A stretch of DNA of 64,000 nt from an uncultured Actinomycetota bacterium. GTDB lineage: Bacteria > Actinomycetota > Actinomycetes > Streptosporangiales > Streptosporangiaceae. Positions 1-9,112 of the stretch are shown here, one piece after another. Numbering within the stretch: position 1 is the first letter of the stretch; each line of letters begins with the position of its first letter. The notes below the pieces were generated by a model. The model did no database searches. It was not told where the DNA came from and saw nothing but the letters and a program-made list of their open reading frames with translations. The stretch covers positions 261,318 to 325,317 of the forward strand of contig CAWKNX010000003.1 of the NCBI GenBank assembly GCA_963851085.1. Direction: 5' to 3'. Position numbers and translations under genes: made by a program.

Positions 1-168
1 GTAGAGCGGGGCGCCGCTGCTCAGCGCGGCGCCGCCGGACCGGTAGATGCGCAGGTCACCGAACGGCGCGTGCCCGCTGCTCGCAAGCACACAGCACACC
101 GCCGCCGACAGGGCATAGCAGGCCGCGGTGAGCAGCGTCGCGCCGTCAGGCAGCTTGGGGCCCCGCAC
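1..168 (-). CDS. N-terminal part of a membrane glycosyltransferase-like protein (DUF2029/GT87-like); continues past the left window edge
   Basis: Not in the ORF track because there is no stop in the window. Minus strand from GTG at 166-168 reads VRGPKLPDGATLLTAACYALSAAVCCVLASSGHAPFGDLRIYRSGGAALSSGAPLY. A hydrophobic helix followed by DLxIYxxGG resembles N-termini of actinobacterial DUF2029 mannosyltransferases. Family call is from memory only. Confidence 0.3.
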   Translation of the reverse strand, partial: MRGPKLPDGATLLTAACYALSAAVCCVLASSGHAPFGDLRIYRSGGAALSSGAPLY

Positions 169-233
169 CCAAGTACGGTCTCATGCCGGGTGCCCCGGCC
201 GTGCACACACCCGGGCCGCCGCCGACGACCGCT

Positions 234-1379
234 CTACTCCGCAGTGTCGGGCAGGTCGTGGCCGGCCGAGCGCATCCCGGCGGTCCAGCGCTCCTCGATC
301 CGGCCGACCCGCCAGATGATCAGCGCGGCCATCCAGGTGAGCACGAACAGGCCCACGATGATGAAGCCCAGCGTGTTGATGTTCAGCCCGGCCACCCAGG
401 TCCAGAACGATCCGCCGAGGTTGTACTCGGAGGCGATCAGGCCCAGGATCTCGACCGTGCCGATAAGCAGCGCCACGGCCACCGACAACCCGGTGATCGT
501 GATGTTGTAGTAGACCTTGCGGACCGGCTTGGAGAACGCCCAGCCGTAGGCGAAGTTCATGAACGAGCCGTCCACCGTGTCGAGCAGGCTCATCCCGGCG
601 GCGAAGAGCACGGGCAGGCACAAGATCGCATACCACGGCAGCCCGCTCGCCGCGCCGGTGCCCGCGAGCACGAGCAGCGCGACCTCGGTGGCGGTATCGA
701 AGCCGAGACCGAAGAGCAGGCCGACCGGGTACATCTGCCATGGCTGCCTGATCGACCGCATCACCCGGCCGAACATGCGGTTCATGAAACCGCGGCTACC
801 CAGATGGTGTTCCAGCGCGGCCTCGTCGTACGCGCCGCGGCGCATCTCACGGAAGACCTTGAGAATCCCGGCCAGGATGACCAGGTTGATCACCGCGATG
901 ATGTAAAGGAACGTGCCCGACACACCCGTGCCGATGACACTGGTGACCTGGTGCAGTGAGGAGTTGCCGTTCCTGACCGGGCCGACCAGGGCCTTGACCC
1001 CGAAGGAGAGCAGGAACGCCAGCGCGAACACGATGCTGGAGTGGCCGAGCGAGAAGAAGAACCCGACCGAGAGCGGACGCTGGCCGTCGTCCATCAGTTT
1101 GCGTGTGGTGTTGTCGATCGCCGAGATGTGGTCCGCGTCGAAGGCGTGCCGCATGCCGAGGGTGTAGGCCGTCACCCCGATGCCGATGCCGAAGGTCTTG
1201 GCGCCCAGGCTGTAGTGCCCAGGCACCACGAAGGCGATCAAGGTAACCCAGCCGACCACGTGGAGGCCGACGACGGCCGCGGCCATTCCGCCCGCCCGCG
1301 CCCACTCCGGCCCGGTCAGCGCGTACCTGATCCGGTGCAGGCGCGACCTCGGCTCTGCCACGAGCACCTTGCCGGGCAT
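234..1379 (-). CDS. hoxN: HoxN/HupN/NixA (NiCoT) family nickel/cobalt transporter
   Basis: 381-aa ORF with multiple TM segments. It carries the NiCoT signature region GMRHAFDADHISAIDNTTRKL and LGHSSIV. Confidence 0.9.
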   Translation of the reverse strand: MPGKVLVAEPRSRLHRIRYALTGPEWARAGGMAAAVVGLHVVGWVTLIAFVVPGHYSLGAKTFGIGIGVTAYTLGMRHAFDADHISAIDNTTRKLMDDGQRPLSVGFFFSLGHSSIVFALAFLLSFGVKALVGPVRNGNSSLHQVTSVIGTGVSGTFLYIIAVINLVILAGILKVFREMRRGAYDEAALEHHLGSRGFMNRMFGRVMRSIRQPWQMYPVGLLFGLGFDTATEVALLVLAGTGAASGLPWYAILCLPVLFAAGMSLLDTVDGSFMNFAYGWAFSKPVRKVYYNITITGLSVAVALLIGTVEILGLIASEYNLGGSFWTWVAGLNINTLGFIIVGLFVLTWMAALIIWRVGRIEERWTAGMRSAGHDLPDTAE

Positions 1380-1458
1380 GTGCGGAGGTCACCTGCCATC
1401 CGTTGGGCATCATGCGAGATCACTGCGGTGCGTCAAGTCAAACGCATATGCATCGTAG

Positions 1459-1475
1459 TTGCAAATACATTGCAG
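1459..1475. promoter_or_regulatory. Nur-box-like operator (TTGCAA-N5-TTGCAg) upstream of the nickel transporter
   Basis: ttgcaaatacattgcag lies about 80-96 nt upstream of the hoxN start (1379, minus strand), in a locally AT-richer stretch. It matches the Streptomyces Nur consensus tTGCaa-N5-ttGCAA as I recall it. Confidence 0.45.
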
Positions 1476-1510
1476 TAAGGGCCTGCCGCAGGTCGCGCGC
1501 CGCGGCCGTG

Positions 1511-1531
1511 GGTTCTGGGCCGCCCAGAACC
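1511..1531 (-). terminator. Perfect GC-rich palindrome directly after the aminotransferase stop
   Basis: ggttctgggc c gcccagaacc gives 10-bp arms and abuts the stop codon at 1532-1534. There is no U-tract, so function as an intrinsic terminator is uncertain. Confidence 0.3.
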
Positions 1532-2968
1532 TCAGATCCGTGTCCAGGCTTCGGTCAGCACCGACCGCAGGATCTGCTCAATCTCATCGAAGTGCTCCTG
1601 CGTGCACACCAGTGGTGGTGCCAGTTGCACGACCGGGTCGCCGCGGTCGTCGGCACGGCACACGAGGCCGGCGTCGAACAGCGCCTGCGAGAGGAACCCG
1701 CGCAGCAGCCGTTCGGATTCGTCGTCGTCGAACGTCGTCCTGGTCGCCTTGTCCTTGACCAGTTCGATGCCGTAGAAGTAGCCGTCGCCGCGCACATCGC
1801 CGACGATCGGGAGGCCGTGGAGCTTCTCCAGCGTCGCGCGGAACGCTCCTTCGTTCGCCCGCACGTTCTCGAGCAGGCCTTCCTTCTCGAACACGTCGAG
1901 GTTGGCGAGGGCGACAGCGGCTGAGACCGGGTGGCCGGCGAACGTGACGCCGTGCAGGAACGTGGCGGCTCCTTCGCTGAACGGTTCCATCAGCCGGTCG
2001 CTCACCAGCATCCCGCCGAGGGGTGCGTAACCGGACGTCACACCCTTGGCGAACGTGATGACGTCCGGCGTGTACCCATACCGCTCGGACCCGAAGTAGT
2101 GGCCCAGCCTGCCGAAGGCGCTGATCACCTCGTCCGACACCAGCAGCACGCCGTAACGGTCGCAGATCTCGCGGACCCGCTGGAAGTACCCGGGCGGCGG
2201 CGGGAAGCAGCCGCCGGAGTTCTGCACAGGCTCGAGGAAGACGGCCGCGACAGACTCGGGGCCCTCGCGCAGGATCGCCCGCTCGATCTCATCGGCCGCC
2301 CAGCGGCCGAACTCGGTCAGGTCGCCCGCCACGAAGTCGGGCGCGCGGTAGAAGTTGGTGTTCGGCACCCGGACCCCGCCAGGCGGCAGCGGCTCGAATG
2401 GCGCCTTGATCCCGCTGAGGCCGGTGATCGCGAGCGCGCCCATGGAGGTGCCGTGATAGGCGATGTCACGGCTGATGACCTTGTAGCGGCCGGGCTCACC
2501 GATCACCTTGAAGTACTGCTTGGCCAGCTTCCACGCGGACTCGACCGCCTCTGACCCGCTCGTGGTGAAGAACACCCGGTCGAGCCCGGCGGGCGCGCGC
2601 TCGGCGAGCCGCTGCGCGAGTTCGATGGCCCGTGGGTGCGCGTAGGACCACAGCGGGAAGTACGCGAGCTCGGACGCCTGCCGCGCGGCGGCCTCGGCGA
2701 CCTCCTTGCGGCCGTGCCCGATCTGGGTGACGAACAGCCCGGACAGGCCGTCCAGATACCGCTTGCCGTGCTGGTCGAACACGTAGGGCCCGGAGCCGCG
2801 GACGATCAGGGGGATGTCGCCGCCCTCATAGGCGGACATCCGGGTGAAGTGCAGCCACAGATTCCGCTTGGCCGCTTCCTGCAAGGCGGCGGCGGAAGCG
2901 ATCGTCTGACTGCCGGTCTGACTGCCAGTCTGGCTGCGGGCCGGCTGGTCGCCAGGCGGCTGTGTCAT
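1532..2968 (-). CDS. Class III (omega) PLP aminotransferase, putrescine/GABA-type
   Basis: ORF 1532..3091 was trimmed to the ATG at 2966-2968 (MTQPPGDQ...), which overlaps the Lrp stop as ATGA. Typical class-III features are TSGSEAVESAWKLAKQYF, DEVISAFGRLG and FAKGVTSGYAPLGG. Confidence 0.9.
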   Translation of the reverse strand: MTQPPGDQPARSQTGSQTGSQTIASAAALQEAAKRNLWLHFTRMSAYEGGDIPLIVRGSGPYVFDQHGKRYLDGLSGLFVTQIGHGRKEVAEAAARQASELAYFPLWSYAHPRAIELAQRLAERAPAGLDRVFFTTSGSEAVESAWKLAKQYFKVIGEPGRYKVISRDIAYHGTSMGALAITGLSGIKAPFEPLPPGGVRVPNTNFYRAPDFVAGDLTEFGRWAADEIERAILREGPESVAAVFLEPVQNSGGCFPPPPGYFQRVREICDRYGVLLVSDEVISAFGRLGHYFGSERYGYTPDVITFAKGVTSGYAPLGGMLVSDRLMEPFSEGAATFLHGVTFAGHPVSAAVALANLDVFEKEGLLENVRANEGAFRATLEKLHGLPIVGDVRGDGYFYGIELVKDKATRTTFDDDESERLLRGFLSQALFDAGLVCRADDRGDPVVQLAPPLVCTQEHFDEIEQILRSVLTEAWTRI

Positions 2969-3549
2969 CTGGTCCCCCAGGAATAGGTCTGCTTGCGGAG
3001 TTTGAGGTACACGAAGGTTTCGGTGCTCGTTACCGAGGGGACCATCCGCACCCGGCTCAAGATTTCCAGCAGGTGGTCGTCGTCCTCGCACACGGCCTCG
3101 ACGAGCAGGTCGAATGAGCCGGCGGTGATGACGACGTAGTCGATCTCCTCCATACCTGCCAGATGGTCGGCGACGCGTGCCGGATCGCCTTCACACTTGA
3201 TGCCGATCAAGGATTGCCTGCGGAATCCGAGGGTGAGGGGATCGGTCACCGCCACGATCTGCATCACGCCCGCCTCGAGCAGGCGCTGGACGCGCTGCCG
3301 CACAGCGGCCTCGGACAGGCCGACAGCCTTGCCGATCGCCGCATACGACCTGCGGCCGTCCTGTTGAAGCTGTTCGATGATCTGCATCGAGATGCCATCG
3401 AGCACGACAGGAGGTGAGATGGGGGCGTCACCACGGGCAGAGCCCGCGCCGCCACTGCCGCCCGTCGTGCCGCGCCGGCGTCCCTTGTCCGCGGCCGGCT
3501 GCCCGTCCAGTTCTCCCGCGGCGGGGGTAGTCCCCGGGGTGTGCGCCAT
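2965..3549 (-). CDS. Lrp/AsnC family transcriptional regulator
   Basis: HTH region is [46 protein letters not shown]. It is followed by an AsnC-type ligand domain ([20 protein letters not shown]). The Gly/Arg-rich N-terminal extension is uncertain. Confidence 0.9.
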   Translation of the reverse strand: MAHTPGTTPAAGELDGQPAADKGRRRGTTGGSGGAGSARGDAPISPPVVLDGISMQIIEQLQQDGRRSYAAIGKAVGLSEAAVRQRVQRLLEAGVMQIVAVTDPLTLGFRRQSLIGIKCEGDPARVADHLAGMEEIDYVVITAGSFDLLVEAVCEDDDHLLEILSRVRMVPSVTSTETFVYLKLRKQTYSWGTR

Positions 3550-3793
3550 CGCATGCCTCCTCGCTGGGCAATGGTGCCACGCGACGCTAAAATGTCAACT
3601 GATTTCGTTGCGATACGCTAACTGGACGACGGAATCGCTTGCGCCTTGGGCGATGATCTGCAAAGGTTCAAGACTCACCACAGAAGTGCCCGACTGCGGC
3701 TCGACGACGGCTCATCCGCTGATCAGCCACGACACAGCTATACGTACTCAGCAACCGGGGCTCTTCGGTCAGCCGCGTGCTAGGAGGCCTACC

Positions 3794-5257
3794 GTGACAG
3801 GCACCGCAACCACACGGAATCCGCAGCAGGCAGCGGTCCTGCGGAACTTTGTCAACGGCGAATACGTCGACGCCAAATCCGGGCGCACCAGCGACGTGGT
3901 CGATCCGTCGACCGGCGAGGTCTATGCGCAGGCGCCCGTCTCCGGCCCCGAGGACGTCGACGCCGCACTGCACGCGGCGGCCGCCGCCTTCGGGACCTGG
4001 CGGGACGCTGTGCCAGCCGAGCGGAGCCTCGCGCTGCTGAAGATAGCCGATGCGGTCGAGGCGCGGGCCGAGGAACTCGTGGCCGCCGAGACCAGGAATA
4101 CCGGCAAGCCGGTGGCGCTGACCATGTCGGAGGAGATACCGCCGGTCGTGGACCAGTTGCGGTTCTTCGCCGGGGCGGCACGGCTCCTCGAGGGGCGGTC
4201 GGCCGGGGAGTACATGCGCGACCATACCTCGATGGTCCGCAGAGAGCCGGTCGGGGTCTGCGCGCAGGTCACGCCCTGGAACTACCCGATGATGATGGCG
4301 GTATGGAAGTTCGCGCCAGCGCTTGCCGCGGGTAACGTCACGGTGCTGAAGCCCTCCGACACGACGCCGGTGAGCACGCTGATGCTCGCCGAGATCGCGG
4401 CGGACCACCTGCCCCCGGGTGTGTTCAACGTGGTCTGCGGAGACCGGGATACCGGCCGGGCGCTCGTCGCCCACGAGATCCCGCAGATGGTATCGATCAC
4501 CGGCTCGGTACGTGCGGGCATCGAGGTCGCCACGGCCGCCGCGGGCGGCCTCAAGCGGGTGCACCTTGAACTGGGCGGCAAGGCACCAGTGATCGTGTTC
4601 GACGACGCCGACGTCGAGGCGACGGCCGCGGGCATCGCCGGCGCGGCCTACTTCAATGCGGGCCAGGACTGCACCGCCGCCACCCGCGTGCTCGCAGGGC
4701 CCGGCGTAACCGGCGATCTCACCGCTGCGCTTGCGGAGCAGGCGCGCGGCACGAAGGTCGGCGGCCTCGACGTGCCCGACGCGGACTATGGCCCCGTCAA
4801 CAACGCGAACCAGCTTGCCCGCGTGCAGGGCTTCATCGACCGCCGCCCCAGCCACGCGGAGGTGGTCACGGGTGGCCAGCGGCTCGGCGATCGTGGCTAC
4901 TTCTTCGCCCCGACCGTGGTCAGCGGGCTGCGCCAGGACGACGAGATGATCCAGGACGAGATTTTCGGCCCGGTGATCACCGTGCAGCGGTTCAGTTCCG
5001 AGGATGAGGCCCTGAGCTGGGCGAACGGGGTAAAGTACGGCCTTGCGGCGAGTGTCTGGACAAAGGACCATGGCCGCGCGATGCGGATGGCACGCGGGCT
5101 CGACTTCGGTGCGGTCTGGATCAACACGCACATCCCGATCGTGGCCGAGATGCCGCACGGCGGCTTCAAGCACTCCGGCTACGGCAAGGACCTGTCGATG
5201 TACGGGTTCGAGGACTACACGCGGGTGAAGCACGTCATGAGCTACATCGGCGGCTGA
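3794..5257 (+). CDS. NAD(P)-dependent aldehyde dehydrogenase (gamma-aminobutyraldehyde/betaine-aldehyde DH-like)
   Basis: GTG at 3794 is preceded by aggagg at 3783-3788. ALDH motifs present are [27 protein letters not shown] and [11 protein letters not shown]. The longer 626-aa ORF overlaps the divergent Lrp gene. Confidence 0.9.
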   Translation: MTGTATTRNPQQAAVLRNFVNGEYVDAKSGRTSDVVDPSTGEVYAQAPVSGPEDVDAALHAAAAAFGTWRDAVPAERSLALLKIADAVEARAEELVAAETRNTGKPVALTMSEEIPPVVDQLRFFAGAARLLEGRSAGEYMRDHTSMVRREPVGVCAQVTPWNYPMMMAVWKFAPALAAGNVTVLKPSDTTPVSTLMLAEIAADHLPPGVFNVVCGDRDTGRALVAHEIPQMVSITGSVRAGIEVATAAAGGLKRVHLELGGKAPVIVFDDADVEATAAGIAGAAYFNAGQDCTAATRVLAGPGVTGDLTAALAEQARGTKVGGLDVPDADYGPVNNANQLARVQGFIDRRPSHAEVVTGGQRLGDRGYFFAPTVVSGLRQDDEMIQDEIFGPVITVQRFSSEDEALSWANGVKYGLAASVWTKDHGRAMRMARGLDFGAVWINTHIPIVAEMPHGGFKHSGYGKDLSMYGFEDYTRVKHVMSYIGG

Positions 5258-5341
5258 CACTGGGCGATCGGTGGGGGCCAGGCCAGGGGTAGGGAAGCAG
5301 GGATACCTGTTTGCTATGACCGAAACTCATGCGGCCGAAGA

Positions 5342-5623
5342 GTGGGTCCCACGCTGGATCCGTACATCGAGGAGGCCGCGCGCGATCTCGGTGCCGGGCC
5401 GTGGGATACGTTCAGGCTCGTCACGTTCCCGATGATCTTCCCGGGCGTCCTCGCGGGCGCGCTGCCCGCCGTCGCGCGGTCGATCGACGACTTCGTCACG
5501 ACCAACTTCGTCGCCGGCCTGCGGGTGCAGACGTACCCGCTGTGGATCTGGGGCGCGGAGAAGGAGGACCTGCCACCGCAGGTCGATGTATTCGGCACGA
5601 TCATCTTCGCGGCGGCGTGCTGA
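5342..5623 (+). pseudogene. 3' remnant of a polyamine-type ABC transporter permease (PotB/PotC-like)
   Basis: The 93 aa cover only the C-terminal third of a binding-protein-dependent permease: EEAARDLGAGPWDTFRLVTFPMIFPGVLAGALPAVARSIDDFVTTNF. No upstream TM part, ATPase or binding-protein gene is present. Confidence 0.7.
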
Positions 5624-5850
5624 TCGCGATCGCCGCCGCGGTGCGGCCCCGCCGCGGTGCGGCCCCGCCGCAGCGCGGTCTGAGCATCGCCGATACGGCC
5701 AGGCCACCGGTACGCGGCGGTTGCGCATCATCTCGCTCCCGCGGGCTGCGGGATCTTGCGGTGATGATCTCGGCGGGCTAGCGTTCGGCCAAGTCGAGCA
5801 AATGATGCTCTTCAGGGCAGGTGCTGGCCGAGTTGGGGGGCGTTACGCAG

Positions 5851-7431
5851 ATGACTGTCGTCGATCAGACTCTGGAGCCGCACGACCAGCCGACGGAAAA
5901 GGGGCTCAAGGCCGGGGCTCTGGGGCTCGTCTCCAGCGTGGTCATCGGCGTCGCCTCGACGGCACCGGCCTACAGCCTCGCGGCGACCCTCGCCTTCGTC
6001 GTGGCGGCCGTCGGGCTGCAGTCCCCGGCGGTGGCAGTCCTCGCCTTCGTGCCGATGCTGCTCACGTCGATCGGGTACAGCGAGCTGAACAAGGCCGACC
6101 CGGACTGCGGCACCACCTTCACCTGGGCGACGCGAGCCTTCGGCCCGAAGACGGGCTGGCAGGGCGGCTGGGCGATCGTCGTGGCGGACGTGCTTGTCAT
6201 GGCCAGCCTCGCCCAGGTCGCCGGGCAGTATGTCTTCCTGCTCTTCAACGCCAATGGCATCGGCGGCAATCCGACCAGCGGCTGGGTGCTGCTCGTCGGC
6301 GTGCTGTGGATCGTCGCGATGACGTACATCTGTTACCGCGGCATCGAGGTCTCGGCGAACTTCCAGAAGGTGCTGCTGTCCATCGAAGTCGTCATGCTGG
6401 CGGTGTTCGCCGTGGTCGCCCTGGTCAGGGTCGGCACCGGGCATCACCCGGCCGGCTCGCTGCACCCGTCCGTGTCCTGGTTCAACCCGTTCCACATTTC
6501 GAGCTTTCAGGCGTTCGTCACCGGCCTGATCCTGATGCTGTTCATCTACTGGGGCTGGGACACCGCGGTCGCGGTCAACGAGGAGACCGAGAACCGCGAG
6601 AAGACCCCAGGCCGCGCGGCCATCATCTCGACCGTCCTGCTGCTCATCACCTACGCGCTCGTGATCGTCGCCGCGCAGTCGTTCGCCGGAACCCGCGCGA
6701 CGGGCATCGGCCTGCTCAACCCGACCAACTCAGGTGACGTCATCTCGGTGCTCGGTGAGGCCGTGTTCGGGTCCACCTGGTTCGGTACCTTCCTCAGCCA
6801 CCTGCTCATCCTCATGGTGCTCAGTTCGGCCGCCGCCTCGACCCAGACGACGATCCTGCCCACGGCCCGCACAACCTTGTCGATGGCCTCGTACAAGGCA
6901 CTGCCGCGCGCGTTCGGCAACATGCACCCCCGCTACCTCACGCCCACCTTCTCCACGATCGTCATGGGCGCGGTCTCGATCGCCCTGTACGTGCCGTTCA
7001 ACTACCTGTCGGGTGGGAACATCATCCCGGACGCGGTCACCGCGATCGGGCTCTACATCGCCTTCTACTACGGCCTCACCGGCTTCGCCTGCGCCTGGTA
7101 CTACCGCCATACCCTGCTGCACAGCATGCGGCATCTGTGGATGCGCGGCATCCTGCCCGTGCTCGGCGGGCTCATCCTGTACTTCGCCGGCGGCTGGAGT
7201 GTATGGACCGCCTGGGATGTGGCCACCGGCGACAGCTACACCTCGTGGAAGATGCCGTTCGCGCCGTACTGGCAGATCGGCGGGGTATTCATGATCGCGT
7301 TCGTCTCGGTCGTGATCGGTGTGGTGGCGATGATCGCGTGGCGGTACACCCGGCCCGGGTTCTTCAAGAAGGAGACGCTCACCCGCCACACGCCGACGCT
7401 CGTGCCCGAGCCAGGCTCCGAGAGCGACTGA
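5851..7431 (+). CDS. APC superfamily amino-acid/polyamine permease
   Basis: About 12 TM segments. The N-terminal KGLKAGALGLVSSVVIGVASTAPAYSL is typical of APC transporters. ATG at 5851 was chosen over the GTG at 5821. Confidence 0.85.
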   Translation: MTVVDQTLEPHDQPTEKGLKAGALGLVSSVVIGVASTAPAYSLAATLAFVVAAVGLQSPAVAVLAFVPMLLTSIGYSELNKADPDCGTTFTWATRAFGPKTGWQGGWAIVVADVLVMASLAQVAGQYVFLLFNANGIGGNPTSGWVLLVGVLWIVAMTYICYRGIEVSANFQKVLLSIEVVMLAVFAVVALVRVGTGHHPAGSLHPSVSWFNPFHISSFQAFVTGLILMLFIYWGWDTAVAVNEETENREKTPGRAAIISTVLLLITYALVIVAAQSFAGTRATGIGLLNPTNSGDVISVLGEAVFGSTWFGTFLSHLLILMVLSSAAASTQTTILPTARTTLSMASYKALPRAFGNMHPRYLTPTFSTIVMGAVSIALYVPFNYLSGGNIIPDAVTAIGLYIAFYYGLTGFACAWYYRHTLLHSMRHLWMRGILPVLGGLILYFAGGWSVWTAWDVATGDSYTSWKMPFAPYWQIGGVFMIAFVSVVIGVVAMIAWRYTRPGFFKKETLTRHTPTLVPEPGSESD

Positions 7432-7450
7432 CAGCCCACCGCGGGCTTCT

Positions 7451-7550
7451 TGTCATCGGCCCGAATCATGATCGATGGCCCGCAGGGCACCGGATTGCAT
7501 GATCGCGGTAACTTTGCCGCGGTATCTTCCGGCAAATTACCGCGATCATG
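7451..7550. repeat. Copy 1 of a two-part intergenic element: box tgtcatcg..atcatgatcgatggccc plus a long hairpin
   Basis: Hairpin 7498-7550 is catgatcgcggtaactttgccg / cggcaaattaccgcgatcatg, arms of about 21 bp. The same box and the same stem recur at 61243-61519. Confidence 0.7.
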
Positions 7551-7776
7551 AAGCTGAAGCCTGGCGCTGCCCGCGCGGTGTCCACCAGCGCCGCGGGCCG
7601 GGTGCGCAGGTACCGGCGGCCGAGTTCGACCATCAGCCCGCTGGCTCCGGCAGCGGCAAGCTCGGCCACATACCTGGCGAGCGGGCCCGGCGTGTCGGGC
7701 AGGCCGATCCCGGTGGCAAGCGCACCTACCAGTTCGTCAGTTGGCAGCCGCTTGCGTGGCCCGGCAGACTGGTGAG

Positions 7777-9112
7777 ATGGCAGACTCTGATCTCCACGCC
7801 CGTCACCGCGCAGTCATGCCGGACTGGGCGGCCCTGTACTATCAGCAGCCGATCGAGCTCGTGAGCGGCGAGGGCAGCCGCGTCACGGACTCCGGCGGCC
7901 GTACCTATCTGGACTTCTTCGCCGGCATCCTGACCAACATGATCGGGTACAACGTGCCCGAGGTGCGCGACGCGGTCCAGCGCCAGCTGTCCACGCGGCA
8001 TCGTGCACACGTCCACGCTCTACCTCATCAGGCAGCAGGTCGAGCTCGCCGAGAAGATCGCCAGGCTGTCCGGCATCGAGGACGCCAAGGTCTTCTTCGT
8101 CAACTCGGGCACCGAGGCGAACGAGACCGCGCTGCTGCTCGCCACCTGCGCCCGCCGCAGTGACCAGGTGCTCGCGATGCGGGGCAGCTACCACGGCCGC
8201 TCGTTCGGCGCCGTGGCGATCACGGGTAACCGCGGCTGGAAACCGTCATCGCTCTCGCCGGTCAACGTGCACTACCTGCACGGCGCCGACCGGCAGCTGC
8301 CCGCGTTCTCCGGTATGACGGACAGCGAGTACATCGCGGCCTGCGTCGCCGATCTGCGGCATGTGCTTTCCACCGCCACGGCCGGCGACGTCGCCTGCCT
8401 GATCGCCGAGCCGGTGCAGGGCGTCGGCGGGTTCACTATGGCGCCTGACGGGTTGTTCGGCGCATACCAGGAGGTGCTCGACGCCCACGGGATCCTGTTC
8501 ATCTCCGATGAGGTGCAGACCGGCTGGGGCCGCACGGGAGACAGCTTCTGGGGGATAGGCAACCACGGCGTGACGCCGGACATCATGACGTTCGCGAAGG
8601 GCCTGGGGAACGGGTTCGCTATCGGCGGCGTGGTGGCCAGGGGCGCACTGATGGACGGGCTTCCCGCCGCGGGGATATCCACCTTCGGCGGCAACCCGGT
8701 GGCGGTCTCGGCGGCGAACGCGACCCTCAGCTACGTGCTCGACCACGACCTTCAGGCCAACGCCCGTGTGCTCGGCACGCTGATCATCGACGGCCTCCGC
8801 GAGCAGGCCGGGCGGCTGCCCGTCGTTGGCGACGTGCGCGGCAAGGGACTGATGTTCGCGGTGGACCTCGTCGAGCCTGGCACCGGCGAGCCGAGCCCGC
8901 GGCTGGCTTCGCAGGTGCTCGAGGAGACCCGCGTGCGCGGCCTGCTGATCGGCAAGGGGGGTCTGACGGGCAACTCGCTGCGGATGGCTCCGCCGCTGAC
9001 CCTCACGGAGGCGGAGGCGAAGGAAGGCCTCGCGATCCTGGTGGACGCGATCAGTGCGGTAAACACCGCGGCGGAGGCCGGCGCCGGCGCGGGCAGGGAA
9101 GGTGCCCGATGA
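7777..9112 (+). CDS. Class III aminotransferase (beta-alanine/AGXT2-like), reading frame broken once in this sequence
   Basis: The N-terminus (MADSDLH...VRDAVQRQLST) is in frame 1 and the rest (GIVHTSTLYLIRQQ...FVNSGTEANE...DEVQTGWGRTG...FAKGLGNG) is in frame 2. The break is at about 7994-7999 (acgcggcatc). The stop overlaps the mmsA start (ATGA). Confidence 0.75.

Noticed and set aside
3377-3793. Long N-terminal extension of the aldehyde dehydrogenase ORF (626 aa)
   Set aside because: The extension overlaps the divergent Lrp gene and the intergenic promoter region and has no ALDH similarity. A GTG with an aggagg RBS at 3794 gives a normal-length enzyme.
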